Shown: positions 18,338 through 28,915, counted from the stretch's first letter. The stretch: DNA of 63,189 bases from Candidatus Falkowbacteria bacterium (GCA_012800315.1 JAAZJO010000004.1:1-63189), one strand, 5' to 3'. The notes: generated by a model not told the origin, from the letters alone. Numbers and translations are program-made.

Positions 18338-20017
18338 ATGCCTAGAGTTTCAAAAAAAAATGATGTTGACGAGGTGAAAAAAACAACGAAAAAAAAATCC
18401 TCAACTGCTAAAGCTTCTGTTCGGGCAACTAAAACAGCTAAAACTTCTCCTAAGTCTTCTGCCAAAGTTTCTTCCAAAGCCTCCACCAAGTCTTCTAAGT
18501 CTTCTTCTAAGCCCTCCACTAAAACTTCTCCTAAGGCCGCAACTAAAAAGGCGACTGATTCGGTAAAAAAGAAGAAAGTCCAACCGGTGATTGTTGATAT
18601 TATTGAAGATGATGAGGAGATGGATAATTTTTTTCCGGATTTACCGGAATTGAAAGCGGAAGTGGTTGTTGAAGATATGCTAATAGATGAAACAGAGGCA
18701 GATATTGTAACGAAAAAAAAGAGTAAAGAGGTAGAGGAACATTATTCTGCAGAAGAAATTGACCAGCAAAAGAAATATTTTTCTAAATTTATTTCAGAAA
18801 AAGAAGAGAAGAGACGCAAATTAGCTGATGGTGATGATGATTATCTTGAGAGAGGGGAAGCTGTTAAGAAAAGTGTTGGTTTATATCGTAATTTAGTTTG
18901 GAAGTTTGTTGGCTTAACGGTTATATTAGTTTTAATCGTTTTGTATTTTTCTTTTTCTAAATTAGTAATTAATATCACTCCAAATGGCGAAACTCTAAAT
19001 GATAGTTTACTGATTAAGGTTATACCAGCAAGATTTTTAGGAGAAAATGCTTCTTCAACACCTAATGATTATTTAGAGGAGGTTGATTTTAGGGAAGTAG
19101 TTGATGGCGCTATTCAGGAGGTTGAGATTAGCGAAGAAAAAACTTTTTTGGCTAGTGGAGAGGAACCAGTTGGTGAGGAAATATATGGAAAAGTGACTTT
19201 AATTAATAATTCAGCTAAAAATCAACCTTTGGTTGCCACAACTCGTTTGCTCAGTCCGGATAATAAGTTATTTAGAATAAAAGAAGCAGTAAATATACCA
19301 GCTCATGGAGAAGTGGAAGTAGAAATATATGCCGATAAACCAAGTAGAGATTTAGCTATTTCGCCAACAACTTTTACTATTCCTGGTCTTTGGATTGGTT
19401 TGCAGGATAAGATTTATGCGAAGAGTGATACCGAATTTATATATCGTCAAAAGGTTAAAAAATATGTGAAGGCTAGTGATATTGATGCCGCTACTAAAGA
19501 AATGGGTGATCTCTTATTGTCTAAAGTAAAGCTGAGCCAGCCTGAAGATATAACAACTGGTGTTATATATGAGGCTTTGGCCCCGATGACTATTGAGTCA
19601 AGTGCCAAGATTGGAGATTCGGTTGATGAATTTACTGTTAAGGCTAAGGAAAAATTTGTAGTAATTTCATATTCAAAAAAGCAAGCCTCGGAATTAGCTA
19701 AGAATAAACTATCTTTACTTGTTCCAGATGATAAGGAACTAGTTGGCTATGATGAAAAAAACATTGCTTATATTTTTGATGATTATAATCAGAAAACTGG
19801 TGTAGCTTCAATTAAAATTAATTTTAATGGCACAATGATTTTAAAGAGTAATACAGAAATTATTGATAAAAAACAAATAGTTAATCTTAATCGCGATCAG
19901 TTAGAGAATTATCTTAAGACTTTTCCGGAAATAAAAACTTTTGAACTTAAATTTTATCCCTCTTTCATTACTCGCGCTCCACGTTTACCGGAAAGAATAA
20001 GTGTAGTTATTGATTAA
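18338..20017 (+). CDS. Single-pass membrane protein with Lys/Ser-rich N-terminus and a baseplate-J-like extracytoplasmic region
   Basis: Low-complexity K/S/T/A N-terminus, acidic segment, one TM segment, then GKVTLINN..QPLVATTRL..F..VNIP..V.IYA..FTIPGL resembling Baseplate_J-like domains (by eye). Confidence 0.55.
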   Translation: MPRVSKKNDVDEVKKTTKKKSSTAKASVRATKTAKTSPKSSAKVSSKASTKSSKSSSKPSTKTSPKAATKKATDSVKKKKVQPVIVDIIEDDEEMDNFFPDLPELKAEVVVEDMLIDETEADIVTKKKSKEVEEHYSAEEIDQQKKYFSKFISEKEEKRRKLADGDDDYLERGEAVKKSVGLYRNLVWKFVGLTVILVLIVLYFSFSKLVINITPNGETLNDSLLIKVIPARFLGENASSTPNDYLEEVDFREVVDGAIQEVEISEEKTFLASGEEPVGEEIYGKVTLINNSAKNQPLVATTRLLSPDNKLFRIKEAVNIPAHGEVEVEIYADKPSRDLAISPTTFTIPGLWIGLQDKIYAKSDTEFIYRQKVKKYVKASDIDAATKEMGDLLLSKVKLSQPEDITTGVIYEALAPMTIESSAKIGDSVDEFTVKAKEKFVVISYSKKQASELAKNKLSLLVPDDKELVGYDEKNIAYIFDDYNQKTGVASIKINFNGTMILKSNTEIIDKKQIVNLNRDQLENYLKTFPEIKTFELKFYPSFITRAPRLPERISVVID

Positions 20018-20051
20018 AGTTAAGACATTATTTATTAAAGAAATTAAATAT

Positions 20052-20080
20052 AAAAAAATCTCGTTAAAACGAGATTTTTT
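20052..20080. terminator. Bidirectional terminator between convergent genes
   Basis: AAAAAAATCTCG-TTAAAA-CGAGATTTTTT. Confidence 0.8.
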
Positions 20081-20120
20081 ATTAAGGTCAAAAGATTGAA
20101 TTAGATTAAAAAGGATTAAA

Positions 20121-21026
20121 TTAGAATAAGCCAAGAAAGGATGATCTTTTCTTTGGTTTCGGACCATGAATAACTTCGCTCAAGTTATTACCTAATTTTA
20201 TTGCTTCAGCTAAAGGTCGTTGGTGAAGATTGCGACCAATAGCTAAACCATGAGTACCAGCGATTTTCATTTGCTCTTTAGTTGTTTTGATCATTTCCTT
20301 AAGATTTCTTTTTTGCCCACCGACACAAATTATTTTTGTTCTACCGGCTGCTAAAACAACTTCTTTAAATTTTTCTGCTGTTAATTTAGCATTCTTACTT
20401 CCATAAGGATATTTTACTTTAGCAAAATCAGCATCCAGGCAGGCGGCAACGCCAGCTCCACCAGCGATAGTATGGATATCTTCTTCTTTAATATTTTTAC
20501 CGCGCGGATAAACCCAGAGGACAGCAATTAGACCATTTTGATGAGCAACATTAATTTCTCTAGCAATACGGCTGAGCATTTGCGCTTCAAATTTACCACC
20601 TAGGTAAACAGTATAGCCGATACCAACAATATTTAAGCCAGATTGTTTTTTGAAGTTAAGTACATCTTCTGTTTTCCACCAACACTCGCTTGAATCTTTT
20701 TCTGCATTTTGTCCTAAATTTGTTTTACCATTTATTTTTACTAAATAAGGAATGTGGGGATAGCTAGAGGCATATTGAGAAATAAGCCCGAGGTGAGTAG
20801 CTAAAACTCCCCCTCTAACACCAGCCGCAATTTTAAATAAATGTTCTGGAGAAGCATCTTCTGGGGCAATGCCACGACCAAAGAAATCATCATTTAGATG
20901 CTCCACTTTTTGATCACCAGCGATTAAGAGTAGGTTGCCGGTATTGGCTGTAGCCTGGTTATAATTTTTCTTATATTCCGATTTTTTTGAATCAGGAACA
21001 CTTAAAGGAATTTTTATTTCTGCCAT
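20121..21026 (-). CDS. Class I fructose-bisphosphate aldolase (DhnA family)
   Basis: AGDQKVEH, VKINGKTNL, LWVYPRG, DADFAKVKYP, GLAIGRNLHQ. Confidence 0.85.
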   Translation of the reverse strand: MAEIKIPLSVPDSKKSEYKKNYNQATANTGNLLLIAGDQKVEHLNDDFFGRGIAPEDASPEHLFKIAAGVRGGVLATHLGLISQYASSYPHIPYLVKINGKTNLGQNAEKDSSECWWKTEDVLNFKKQSGLNIVGIGYTVYLGGKFEAQMLSRIAREINVAHQNGLIAVLWVYPRGKNIKEEDIHTIAGGAGVAACLDADFAKVKYPYGSKNAKLTAEKFKEVVLAAGRTKIICVGGQKRNLKEMIKTTKEQMKIAGTHGLAIGRNLHQRPLAEAIKLGNNLSEVIHGPKPKKRSSFLGLF

Positions 21027-21092
21027 AGTAAATGTTTATAAATTTAAAAAAATATGTTATGCTAAAATAACTAGAATAATTATAACATAATT

Positions 21093-21992
21093 ATGTCAAA
21101 AAATAAAAATATCAATGGAATTGATTTACGTAAGTATAAAGATTTAGATAATTTAAGTGTGAAAAAAATGAATTTTGGTCTTTGGTTATCAGAAAATCGT
21201 AAATATATTACTAAAATTATCATTATTTTTTTAATTGTCCTCTCTATTTTCTTTTTTGTTTATTCTTTTTATAATTATCTTATTTATTTTCGTAGTATTA
21301 AGGCGGAGAAAGAGCACATGGCTAATTTTGGCTCAAACATTGTCGCTCAACGTGATGCCGTTAATGATTTAATTGTTAGTGCTCCTAGGGTGTTTAAAAA
21401 TAATGGAAATTATGATTTAGTGGTTAATGTTAAAAATCCTAATGATAAGTTTTTTGCTGTTTTTCAGTACTGTTTCATGGTCAATGAAGTTGAAGTTGCT
21501 TGTGATAATGCTCATGTTTTGCCAAGTGAGGAAAAATATATTTTATCTTTAGGAAGAGAAATAGAAGCGGAGTCTCCGGCAGCTATTTTGGCGATTAGAG
21601 ATATTTCCTGGAAGAGAATAAATGCTCATGATATTCCGGATTGGAATTATTTTTATAACGAACGCGTAAATTTTGGATTAAAAGATATGAAATTTACGCC
21701 TGTCGGAGTAAATATGGCGGTTGGTAGAAATAATTTAAGTTCTTTAGATTTCAGTATCACCAACCTAACAGATTATGGTTACTATAGCGTTCCTTTTAAT
21801 ATTGCTTTATATAATGGCTCTGATCTAGTGGGAGTAAATATATTTGTTGTAAATAATTTTTTGGCTGGCGAGACGCGAGAAGTTTCCTTAACTTGGTTAA
21901 GTAATATTCAGCGTGTAACTAGGGTAGAAGTTCGTCCTAATTTAAATATTTTAGACGATAGTCTTTATCTGAAATATCAGGGCTTTCAATAA
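21093..21992 (+). CDS. Membrane-anchored hypothetical protein with Ig-like (FxLYD-like) beta domains
   Basis: One TM segment; VNVKNPN and FSITNLT..IALYNGSDLVG..FLAGETR beta-sandwich-like motifs. Confidence 0.45.
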   Translation: MSKNKNINGIDLRKYKDLDNLSVKKMNFGLWLSENRKYITKIIIIFLIVLSIFFFVYSFYNYLIYFRSIKAEKEHMANFGSNIVAQRDAVNDLIVSAPRVFKNNGNYDLVVNVKNPNDKFFAVFQYCFMVNEVEVACDNAHVLPSEEKYILSLGREIEAESPAAILAIRDISWKRINAHDIPDWNYFYNERVNFGLKDMKFTPVGVNMAVGRNNLSSLDFSITNLTDYGYYSVPFNIALYNGSDLVGVNIFVVNNFLAGETREVSLTWLSNIQRVTRVEVRPNLNILDDSLYLKYQGFQ

Positions 21993-22003
21993 TTAGTTAA
22001 CTA

Positions 22004-23119
22004 TTGTTTTATATGTTAAGTCGTATTAGGTTGTATTTGAAAAACTTTGATTGGTTGATATTGGCGGCTGTTATTCTCTTGATTACTTTTAGTTTGGTGG
22101 AAATATATAGCGTTGCTTTAGGACAGGAGAATTTTAGTTTGCTTAATTTTAAGAAGCAATTATTTTTTGCCATTATTGGCATAGGTTTGCTTTTTTTATT
22201 TTCTTTTATTGATGCTTATTCTCTTAAAAGTTTAAGTATTTATTTTTATCTTTTTGGAATAATTATTTTAGTTGCGGTTTTAATTTTTGGATCAGTAGTT
22301 AAGGGGACTAAAGGTTGGTTTAATATTGGGGGATTTGGTTTGCAGCCGGTAGAATTTGTGAAATTTATTTTGATTTTATTTTTAGCTAAATATTTTTCTG
22401 GCTTAGCAACTAAAATAAAGACCTCACGTCATTTTTTAGTTTCCGCTTTTAGTACTTTTGTTTTTGTTTTTTTAGTATTATTACAGCCTGATTTTGGTTC
22501 AGCGCTTATTTTAGCGGCTATTTGGTTGATAATGATTATTGCTGCTGGTTTTCCGAAAAAATATTTTATTATCATTGGGGTGGCCGCAGCGATTATTTTT
22601 GTGATTTCTTGGTTTTTTCTGTTTAAACCTTATCAAAAAGATAGAATTTTAACTTTTATTAATCCAACAGCTAATTCTCTGGAGGCGGGTTATAATATTT
22701 CCCAGGCAATGATTGCTGTGGGTTCTGGTGGTTTAACTGGCAAAGGAGTTGGCTTTGGTTCACAGTCACAGCTAAAGTTTTTGCCCGAAGCTCAAAGTGA
22801 TTTTATTTTTGCCGTTATTGCTGAAGAATTAGGTTTATTGGGCGTTTTATTGATTTTAAGTTTTTATTCACTTTTCTTTTTTCGTTGTATTGCGGCTATC
22901 AGAAGAGTAAATGACGATTTTGGAATTTATTTCATTATTGGGGCGGCGGGCTTGATTTTTGTTCAAATGTTTATTAATATTGGTATGAACATGGGAATTA
23001 TGCCGGTAGTGGGTCTACCATTACCTTTTGTCAGTTATGGCGGCAGTTCCTTATTATCCTTGCTGATTTTGGTGGGGGTAATTGAAAATATAATAATTAA
23101 ATCAAAAATTAGCTATTAA
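22004..23119 (+). CDS. rodA: SEDS peptidoglycan polymerase RodA
   Basis: KGWFNIGGFGLQPVEFVK, LQPDFGSA, FLPEAQSDFIFAVIAEELG, LPFVSYGGSS. Confidence 0.9.
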   Translation: MFYMLSRIRLYLKNFDWLILAAVILLITFSLVEIYSVALGQENFSLLNFKKQLFFAIIGIGLLFLFSFIDAYSLKSLSIYFYLFGIIILVAVLIFGSVVKGTKGWFNIGGFGLQPVEFVKFILILFLAKYFSGLATKIKTSRHFLVSAFSTFVFVFLVLLQPDFGSALILAAIWLIMIIAAGFPKKYFIIIGVAAAIIFVISWFFLFKPYQKDRILTFINPTANSLEAGYNISQAMIAVGSGGLTGKGVGFGSQSQLKFLPEAQSDFIFAVIAEELGLLGVLLILSFYSLFFFRCIAAIRRVNDDFGIYFIIGAAGLIFVQMFINIGMNMGIMPVVGLPLPFVSYGGSSLLSLLILVGVIENIIIKSKISY

Positions 23120-23123
23120 ATCT

Positions 23124-23759
23124 ATGGAATTCAAATTAAAAGCAGAAAAGAGAGAAAAAAATGAAAAATTAACGCCCGATTATATTCCAGCAATTTTGTA
23201 TGGCAAAGGGGTGGAGAATCAGAATCTTAAATTAAAAAAAGTAGATTTTGAAAAAATTTATAGCGCCGCTGGTGAATCAAACTTGATTGATTTAGATTTT
23301 GGCACGGGAGCGCTTAAAGTTTTAATTAAAGACACGCAAAGAGATGTTTTGAAGTATACTTTTACCCATGTTGATTTTTATCAAGTTAACATGAAAGAAA
23401 AGGTTACGACAGAGATTCCTTTTGAATTTGTTGGAGAAGCTAAGGCGGTTAGAGAGTTGGGCGGTATGTTAATGCGGGAAATGGATAGTATTGAAGTTGA
23501 GTGTTTGCCGAGCGACTTAGTTGATCACATTGATGTTGATCTTTCCGTGTTGGCTACTTTTGATGATGTTATTACAGTGGCTGATTTAGCCTTGCCAGCT
23601 GGTTTTGAATTAAAACGCAATAATCCTGAAGATTTGGTGGCCAAGGTGATTGAACCAAAGGTTCAGGAGGTTGAGGAGGAAAAGCCAGCAGAAGAGACAG
23701 TAGAAGCAGCGGCTCCGACTGAAGATAAAGAAAAGGAAAAGGAAGAAGAGAAAAAATAA
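23124..23759 (+). CDS. rplY: 50S ribosomal protein L25/Ctc
   Basis: IPAILYG, HVDFYQV, two-domain Ctc form with acidic tail. Confidence 0.93.
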   Translation: MEFKLKAEKREKNEKLTPDYIPAILYGKGVENQNLKLKKVDFEKIYSAAGESNLIDLDFGTGALKVLIKDTQRDVLKYTFTHVDFYQVNMKEKVTTEIPFEFVGEAKAVRELGGMLMREMDSIEVECLPSDLVDHIDVDLSVLATFDDVITVADLALPAGFELKRNNPEDLVAKVIEPKVQEVEEEKPAEETVEAAAPTEDKEKEKEEEKK

Positions 23760-23778
23760 GATTGAAGATAGTTTAAAT

Positions 23779-23812
23779 ATAAAAATCCTTGAGTTTAATC
23801 AAGGATTTTTAT
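23779..23812. terminator. Bidirectional terminator overlapping the prmC stop codon
   Basis: ATAAAAATCCTTGA-GTTTAA-TCAAGGATTTTTAT. Confidence 0.8.
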
Positions 23813-24703
23813 TATAGCCAAACGATTTTTCTGGGCCAAATCTTTTTTAATAGTTAGTTTAGCTGAAGGAAAATATTTTTGAGTTAATATTTTAATTGAT
23901 TTTGTTTGACTGGGATCAATTTCACAGAGAAGCGTAATTGGTTTTTTAAAACGGTTACTGAATGATTTATCTTGCCGAAAAACTTTTTTAATTTCTTTTA
24001 ATTGTTTAAATAATTCACGGTAATATTTTAAACCATCAGGACCAGCCACGAGAGCAATCTTTGGTTCTTTTTTAATGCTAGGAGAGTTTTTTACTTGACT
24101 TGGAGTTAAATAGGGAAGATTAGCAGCTATAATTAATTCATGATTACTGAAATCATTAAAATCTTTTTTGTTAATTAGAGGTTCAAGTAGATTGCCTGAA
24201 AGGAATTTAATTTTTTTTGCTTGTTTATTTAAAATAGCATTTTTTTTAGCAATCCTCAGGGCGGGCAGAGAGATATCAAGGGCTCTAAAAATGTTTTTTT
24301 GGTATTTACCGGGAAACATTTTTTTGCTTTCGTGAGCGACAGAGATAATAATAGCGCCACTGCCAGTACCTAAATCAATTAGTATTAATTTATTTTGCTT
24401 GTTTTTTATTATGTTAATAATTTCTTCAACCATTATTTCTGTTTCTGGGCGGGGAACTAAAACATCTTTATTAATAAAAAAATTTAAACCATAAAATTCT
24501 TTATGACCAATGAGAGTGGCAATTGGCCAACCAGCTAATCTTTCTTTTTCTAATTTTTTATATTTTTGATAAATATTTTTTGGGACAGCCAGTTCTGGAT
24601 GAGTTAAAATAAATTCTTTTTCTTTCTTTAATAAAAAACCCATCAAGATTTCAGTTTCTCCTGATGGCAAGGGAGAGGTTTTTTGTAGATCAAAAATAGT
24701 CAT
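23795..24703 (-). CDS. prmC: Release factor glutamine methyltransferase
   Basis: VLVPRPETE, DLGTGSG, ANLPY (NPPY variant), ALVAGPDGL; lies downstream of prfA. Confidence 0.9.
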   Translation of the reverse strand: MTIFDLQKTSPLPSGETEILMGFLLKKEKEFILTHPELAVPKNIYQKYKKLEKERLAGWPIATLIGHKEFYGLNFFINKDVLVPRPETEIMVEEIINIIKNKQNKLILIDLGTGSGAIIISVAHESKKMFPGKYQKNIFRALDISLPALRIAKKNAILNKQAKKIKFLSGNLLEPLINKKDFNDFSNHELIIAANLPYLTPSQVKNSPSIKKEPKIALVAGPDGLKYYRELFKQLKEIKKVFRQDKSFSNRFKKPITLLCEIDPSQTKSIKILTQKYFPSAKLTIKKDLAQKNRLAIIKILD

Positions 24704-24722
24704 TTAATTAGAGAATATTTGT

Positions 24723-25772
24723 TTATTTCTGGCGACTTTCACGATCGGCTTTTTTTAGGGCCATAATTAATTCTTCTATTTCTCCATCCATGATACGTGG
24801 AATGCTGTGCCAAGACATATTAATGCGATGGTCAGTGACTCTATCTTGGGGGAAATTATAGGTTCTAATTTTATCAGAACGATCACCATCGCCAATTTGT
24901 GTTTTACGGGCATCAGAGTCAGCGGCTAAACGATCTTCTTCTTCTTTAGCTAATAAGCGAGAGCGTAAAACTTGCAAAGCTTTTTCCTTGTTTTGATGTT
25001 GTGATTTTTGGTCTTGGCAAGAAACAGTAATCCCGGTTGGTAGGTGGACTATGCGAATAGCTGAATAAGTAGTATTGACACATTGACCACCCGGACCGCT
25101 AGAGCAAAAAGTATCAATTCTGATATCGTTAGGCTTGATCTCAATATCAATTTCTTCCGCTTCTGGTAAAACTACGACAGTGGCTGTTGAGGTATGAACG
25201 CGACCTTGTTTTTCTGTTTCAGGAACACGTTGGACGCGGTGGGTTCCCGCTTCAAATTTTAAGAGACCAAAGGCACTTTCGCCTTTAACAGAAAAAACTA
25301 CTTCCTTATAGCCGCCAATACCGATAACTGAAGAATCAATTAAACTTAATTTCCAGTTTTGTCGTTCACAGAAACGGGAATACATGCGAAATAAATCACC
25401 AGCGAATAAAGCAGCCTCATCACCTCCAGTGCCCGCTCTGATTTCAATAATCGCATTTTTCTTATCATTCGGGCTAGAGGGGCTTATTTCTTCCTCAATT
25501 TCAGCTTTTAGTTTTATGGCTTTATTATGTAAAGTATCTAATTCTTCAGTAGCCATATTTTTTAACTCCTCATCATTTTCCGAATTTATTATTTCATTGT
25601 TTTGCTCTATTGCTTTATTGACTTTTTCCAATTCTAAAATAAGATCAACTGTCTTTTTTAAAGTAGCGTGTTCTTGAGATATTTTAACCATTGTCTGAGC
25701 ATTTTTTAAAAGCTCAGGATCCATTAGTTTTTTTTCACTGTCGGCAAATTTTTGCTTTATCTCTTCGTACAT
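24723..25772 (-). CDS. prfA: Peptide chain release factor 1
   Basis: [21 protein letters not shown] (PxT), [19 protein letters not shown]. Confidence 0.96.
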   Translation of the reverse strand: MYEEIKQKFADSEKKLMDPELLKNAQTMVKISQEHATLKKTVDLILELEKVNKAIEQNNEIINSENDEELKNMATEELDTLHNKAIKLKAEIEEEISPSSPNDKKNAIIEIRAGTGGDEAALFAGDLFRMYSRFCERQNWKLSLIDSSVIGIGGYKEVVFSVKGESAFGLLKFEAGTHRVQRVPETEKQGRVHTSTATVVVLPEAEEIDIEIKPNDIRIDTFCSSGPGGQCVNTTYSAIRIVHLPTGITVSCQDQKSQHQNKEKALQVLRSRLLAKEEEDRLAADSDARKTQIGDGDRSDKIRTYNFPQDRVTDHRINMSWHSIPRIMDGEIEELIMALKKADRESRQK

Positions 25773-25804
25773 ATTTATTTGAGCAATTTTTAATTCTCTA
25801 ACAA

Positions 25805-25867
25805 AAAAAGCAACTGTTAGTCATATTGTAGCATGAAAATGTTACAAAATTAAAGCAGTTGCTTTTT
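25805..25867. terminator. Extended hairpin / terminator between rpmE and prfA
   Basis: Outer stem AAAAAGCAACTG/CAGTTGCTTTTT; inner TTGTAGCAT-GAAA-ATGTTACAA. Confidence 0.6.
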
Positions 25868-25876
25868 ATAGAGAGC

Positions 25877-26209
25877 TTATTTTTTATTTAATTTAACTTG
25901 CGCAATTTTTTTTATATCTTTAGTTTTTACGGTTATCTCCTTTTTGGCGCGTGCTTCAGCTCGGGCAATACGTTTTGCTTTTTTACCTTTAACATTTTTA
26001 GAAGCTTCTTTAGCTTTTACTTTAGCTTCAAATTTCTCAACTCGGCGAGCGGTATCAACCAATTTTTGTTTGCCGGTATAAAAAGGATGACAAGCAGAGC
26101 AAAGTTCAACTTTAATTTCTGGTTCAGTTGAGCCAGTTATAAAAGTGTTACCACAAACACAGGAGACTTTGCAGTTCGGATAATATTTTGGGTGGATTTC
26201 TTTCTTCAT
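25877..26209 (-). CDS. rpmE: 50S ribosomal protein L31 (Zn-ribbon type) with basic C-terminal extension
   Basis: [27 protein letters not shown]. Confidence 0.95.
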   Translation of the reverse strand: MKKEIHPKYYPNCKVSCVCGNTFITGSTEPEIKVELCSACHPFYTGKQKLVDTARRVEKFEAKVKAKEASKNVKGKKAKRIARAEARAKKEITVKTKDIKKIAQVKLNKK

Positions 26210-26364
26210 AAAAATAAAAAAATTTTATTGATATTTAATAAAATTTTAGCTATTGAATATCTTTAAATTATGTTAGTATTATGTTATCATAACTCTTAGA
26301 TTTAATCAAGAGTCCTTGTGAAAATGACCGAATCCTAATAATTTTAGTTGATGTTCACATATTT

Positions 26365-27798
26365 ATGGCAAAAATAGGTAATATTGCTAAAAATACTTCA
26401 TATTTAACCTTGGCTCTAGTTTTGCAAAAGGTGATTTCTTTTACTTATTTTACACTTTTGGCTCGCCATGTTGGTCCGGCTAATTTAGGTAAATATTATT
26501 TTGCCATTTCTTTCACAACCATTTTTGCCATTCTTATTGACTTAGGCTTTGCTAATGTATTAACGAGAGAAGTAGCTAAAAATTCTGAAAAGGCGGGGAA
26601 GTGGTTATCCAATATTTTGATTTTGAAACTCCCCTTAACTATTTTGGCTTTGGTGGCTGTTTTTATTTTAATTAATGTTTTGGGTTATGACTCTTTGACA
26701 AAGAATTTAGTTTATATTTCCTCTATTTGCATGGTTCTAGATTCTTTTACAACTACTTTTTTTGCGGTAGTGCGTGGTTTTCATAATTTAAAATATGAAA
26801 GTATTTCTTCAGTTATTTTTCAACTCATAGTTTTAATTTTTGGTTATGGAGCCTTATTAGCTGGTGGTGGACTTATTGCAGCCATGTTGGCTTTGGCTCT
26901 AGCTAGTACTTTTAATTTTGTTTATTCTTTAATTATTTTAAAAAGAAAGATAAAAGTTCCTTTGAAGTTTGTTTATGATAAAGCGCTAATCAAGGAGATA
27001 ATAAAAATAGCTTGGCCTTTTGCTGTTTATGCTATTTTTCAGCGTTTATATACTTATCTTGACTCAGTTCTTTTATCTGTTTTAGCTGGCGATGTTCAGG
27101 TTGGTTTATATCAAATAGCCTTTAAAATAATTTTCGCTCTTCAGTTTCTACCAATGGCCTTTACAGCCTCTTTATATCCGGCCATGAGTTCTTATTGGCA
27201 GAATAATCGGGGACAGCTTTTAATTTCTTTTGAGCGGGCGATGAATTATTTAATTATTATTTCTTTGCCGATAATTATTGGCACCATAGTATTAGCAGAT
27301 AAGATAATTCTTTTATTTTCCCAAGGGTATTCTGCCGCAGTTTTACCTTTAGAAATATCAATTATCGCTTTATTTTTTATTTTTATTAATTTCCCAATTG
27401 GTTCATTGCTTAATGCCTGTGATCATCAGCAAAAAAATACTTTAAACATGGGGATAGTTATGCTTGTCAGTATTGTGCTCAATCTCTTGCTTATTCCGCG
27501 CCTACAAGCCGTTGGTGCCAGCTTAACTGTTTTGATTACTAATTTTTTGATGTTTATTTTAGGAATGTATTGGGTAAAAAAAATAATTCCATATCGTTAT
27601 GGTAAAAATTTAAAAATATTTGCCAAAGTATTATTCGCTTCTTTGATTATGGGCATAATTGTTTTTTTAGGTAAAAAATATTTAAATGTTTTTTTAGTAA
27701 CGATTATCGGGGCCATTGTTTATTTTCTCCTTTTGATGAATTTAGGCGGATTTAAGAAAGAAGATTTTTTGAGTGTGCTGAAGTCATTTAAACGTTAA
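26365..27798 (+). CDS. Oligosaccharide flippase (Wzx/MOP family)
   Basis: About 12-14 TM segments; IAKNTSYL, LGPANLGKY-like, VGLYQIA motifs; lies among glycosyltransferases. Confidence 0.85.
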   Translation: MAKIGNIAKNTSYLTLALVLQKVISFTYFTLLARHVGPANLGKYYFAISFTTIFAILIDLGFANVLTREVAKNSEKAGKWLSNILILKLPLTILALVAVFILINVLGYDSLTKNLVYISSICMVLDSFTTTFFAVVRGFHNLKYESISSVIFQLIVLIFGYGALLAGGGLIAAMLALALASTFNFVYSLIILKRKIKVPLKFVYDKALIKEIIKIAWPFAVYAIFQRLYTYLDSVLLSVLAGDVQVGLYQIAFKIIFALQFLPMAFTASLYPAMSSYWQNNRGQLLISFERAMNYLIIISLPIIIGTIVLADKIILLFSQGYSAAVLPLEISIIALFFIFINFPIGSLLNACDHQQKNTLNMGIVMLVSIVLNLLLIPRLQAVGASLTVLITNFLMFILGMYWVKKIIPYRYGKNLKIFAKVLFASLIMGIIVFLGKKYLNVFLVTIIGAIVYFLLLMNLGGFKKEDFLSVLKSFKR

Positions 27799-27832
27799 TT
27801 TAATTTTAATAGTTTGCTTTGAGAAATATATT

Positions 27833-28915
27833 ATGAAAACTTTATTAATTACTTTAGAGTATCCACCCTTTCGTGGAGGGGTAGCCAGTTATTACGGTAA
27901 TCTAGCTAAATATTGGCCGATTGATGAAAAAATAATAGTGCTTAATAATAATCGCGGTGAATTAATGTCTGGCAACAAATCGCTTTCTTGGTTGCCGATT
28001 ATTCCGTTATTAAAAAGAAGATTGGTGACAGAAAAATTTGATCATTTACTGGTTGGTCAGATATTACCCCTAGGTACAGTTGCCTATATTGTTTCTTTTT
28101 TGCAACCGTTAAAATATACGATTTTCTTGCATGGTATGGATTTATCACTTGCCTTAAAGTCTCCTCGGAAGAAGTTTTTAAGTAAACTAATACTGAAGCG
28201 GGCTGATAAAATAATTTGTGCGAATACTTATGTTAAAGAAAAATTAATTGAAAATTGGCCACTGCTGGAAGATAAAATTAAAGTAGTTAATCCTGGAATT
28301 GAGAGTGGAGCGCGCGAGGCTGATCCTTATGATCTACGGATGATAAAAAATTCCTATAATTTAGAGGGTAAAACAATTATCTTAAGTTTAGGGCGTTTAG
28401 TAAAAAGAAAGGGAGTTGATCGCACGATTGAGGCTTTAATAAAAATGCCTGAAGAGGAGAGTAAGAATTTAATTTATTTTATTGCTGGCGCCGGACCACG
28501 AGAGAGTTATTTAAAACAATTAGTGCCACTACGCTTTGCTAAAAAAATAATATTTTTAGGAAAATTATCGGAAGATGAAAAATGGGCCTGGCTTAGATTA
28601 TGTGATATTTTTATTATGCCTTCGCGTGATATTGCTGGTGACTTTGAAGGTTTTGGAATTGTTTATCTTGAGGCCAATCTTTGTGGCAAACCAGTTATTG
28701 CTGGTAATTCTGGGGGCATTAAAGATGCGGTAGTGCATGAAGTAAACGGATTAATGGTTGACCCAGAAAGTGTTGAGGATATTGGCGCAGCGATAGTTCG
28801 TTTACTTAAAGATCCAGGATTAAGACAGAAATTAGGTGAACAAGGCAAGCGACGCGCTATGAAAGAGTTTAGATGGGAAGATAAGGCGCGGGAAGTTTGT
28901 CAATTTATTAAATAG
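27833..28915 (+). CDS. Glycosyltransferase family 4
   Basis: SLGRLVKRKG; EGFGIVYLEANLCGKPVIAG. Confidence 0.9.
   Translation: MKTLLITLEYPPFRGGVASYYGNLAKYWPIDEKIIVLNNNRGELMSGNKSLSWLPIIPLLKRRLVTEKFDHLLVGQILPLGTVAYIVSFLQPLKYTIFLHGMDLSLALKSPRKKFLSKLILKRADKIICANTYVKEKLIENWPLLEDKIKVVNPGIESGAREADPYDLRMIKNSYNLEGKTIILSLGRLVKRKGVDRTIEALIKMPEEESKNLIYFIAGAGPRESYLKQLVPLRFAKKIIFLGKLSEDEKWAWLRLCDIFIMPSRDIAGDFEGFGIVYLEANLCGKPVIAGNSGGIKDAVVHEVNGLMVDPESVEDIGAAIVRLLKDPGLRQKLGEQGKRRAMKEFRWEDKAREVCQFIK

Noticed and set aside
18319-18583. Antisense ORFs with LEEDLEDL and GGLRRRL repeats
   Set aside because: They are shadows of the K/S-rich low-complexity plus-strand gene.
21071-21103. dif-like ACATAA/TTATGT palindrome
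   Set aside because: There is no 6-bp spacer between the arms, and it overlaps a start codon region.
23795-24703. PrmC NLPY instead of NPPY
   Set aside because: A single conservative variant in an otherwise canonical gene in the canonical prfA-prmC context.
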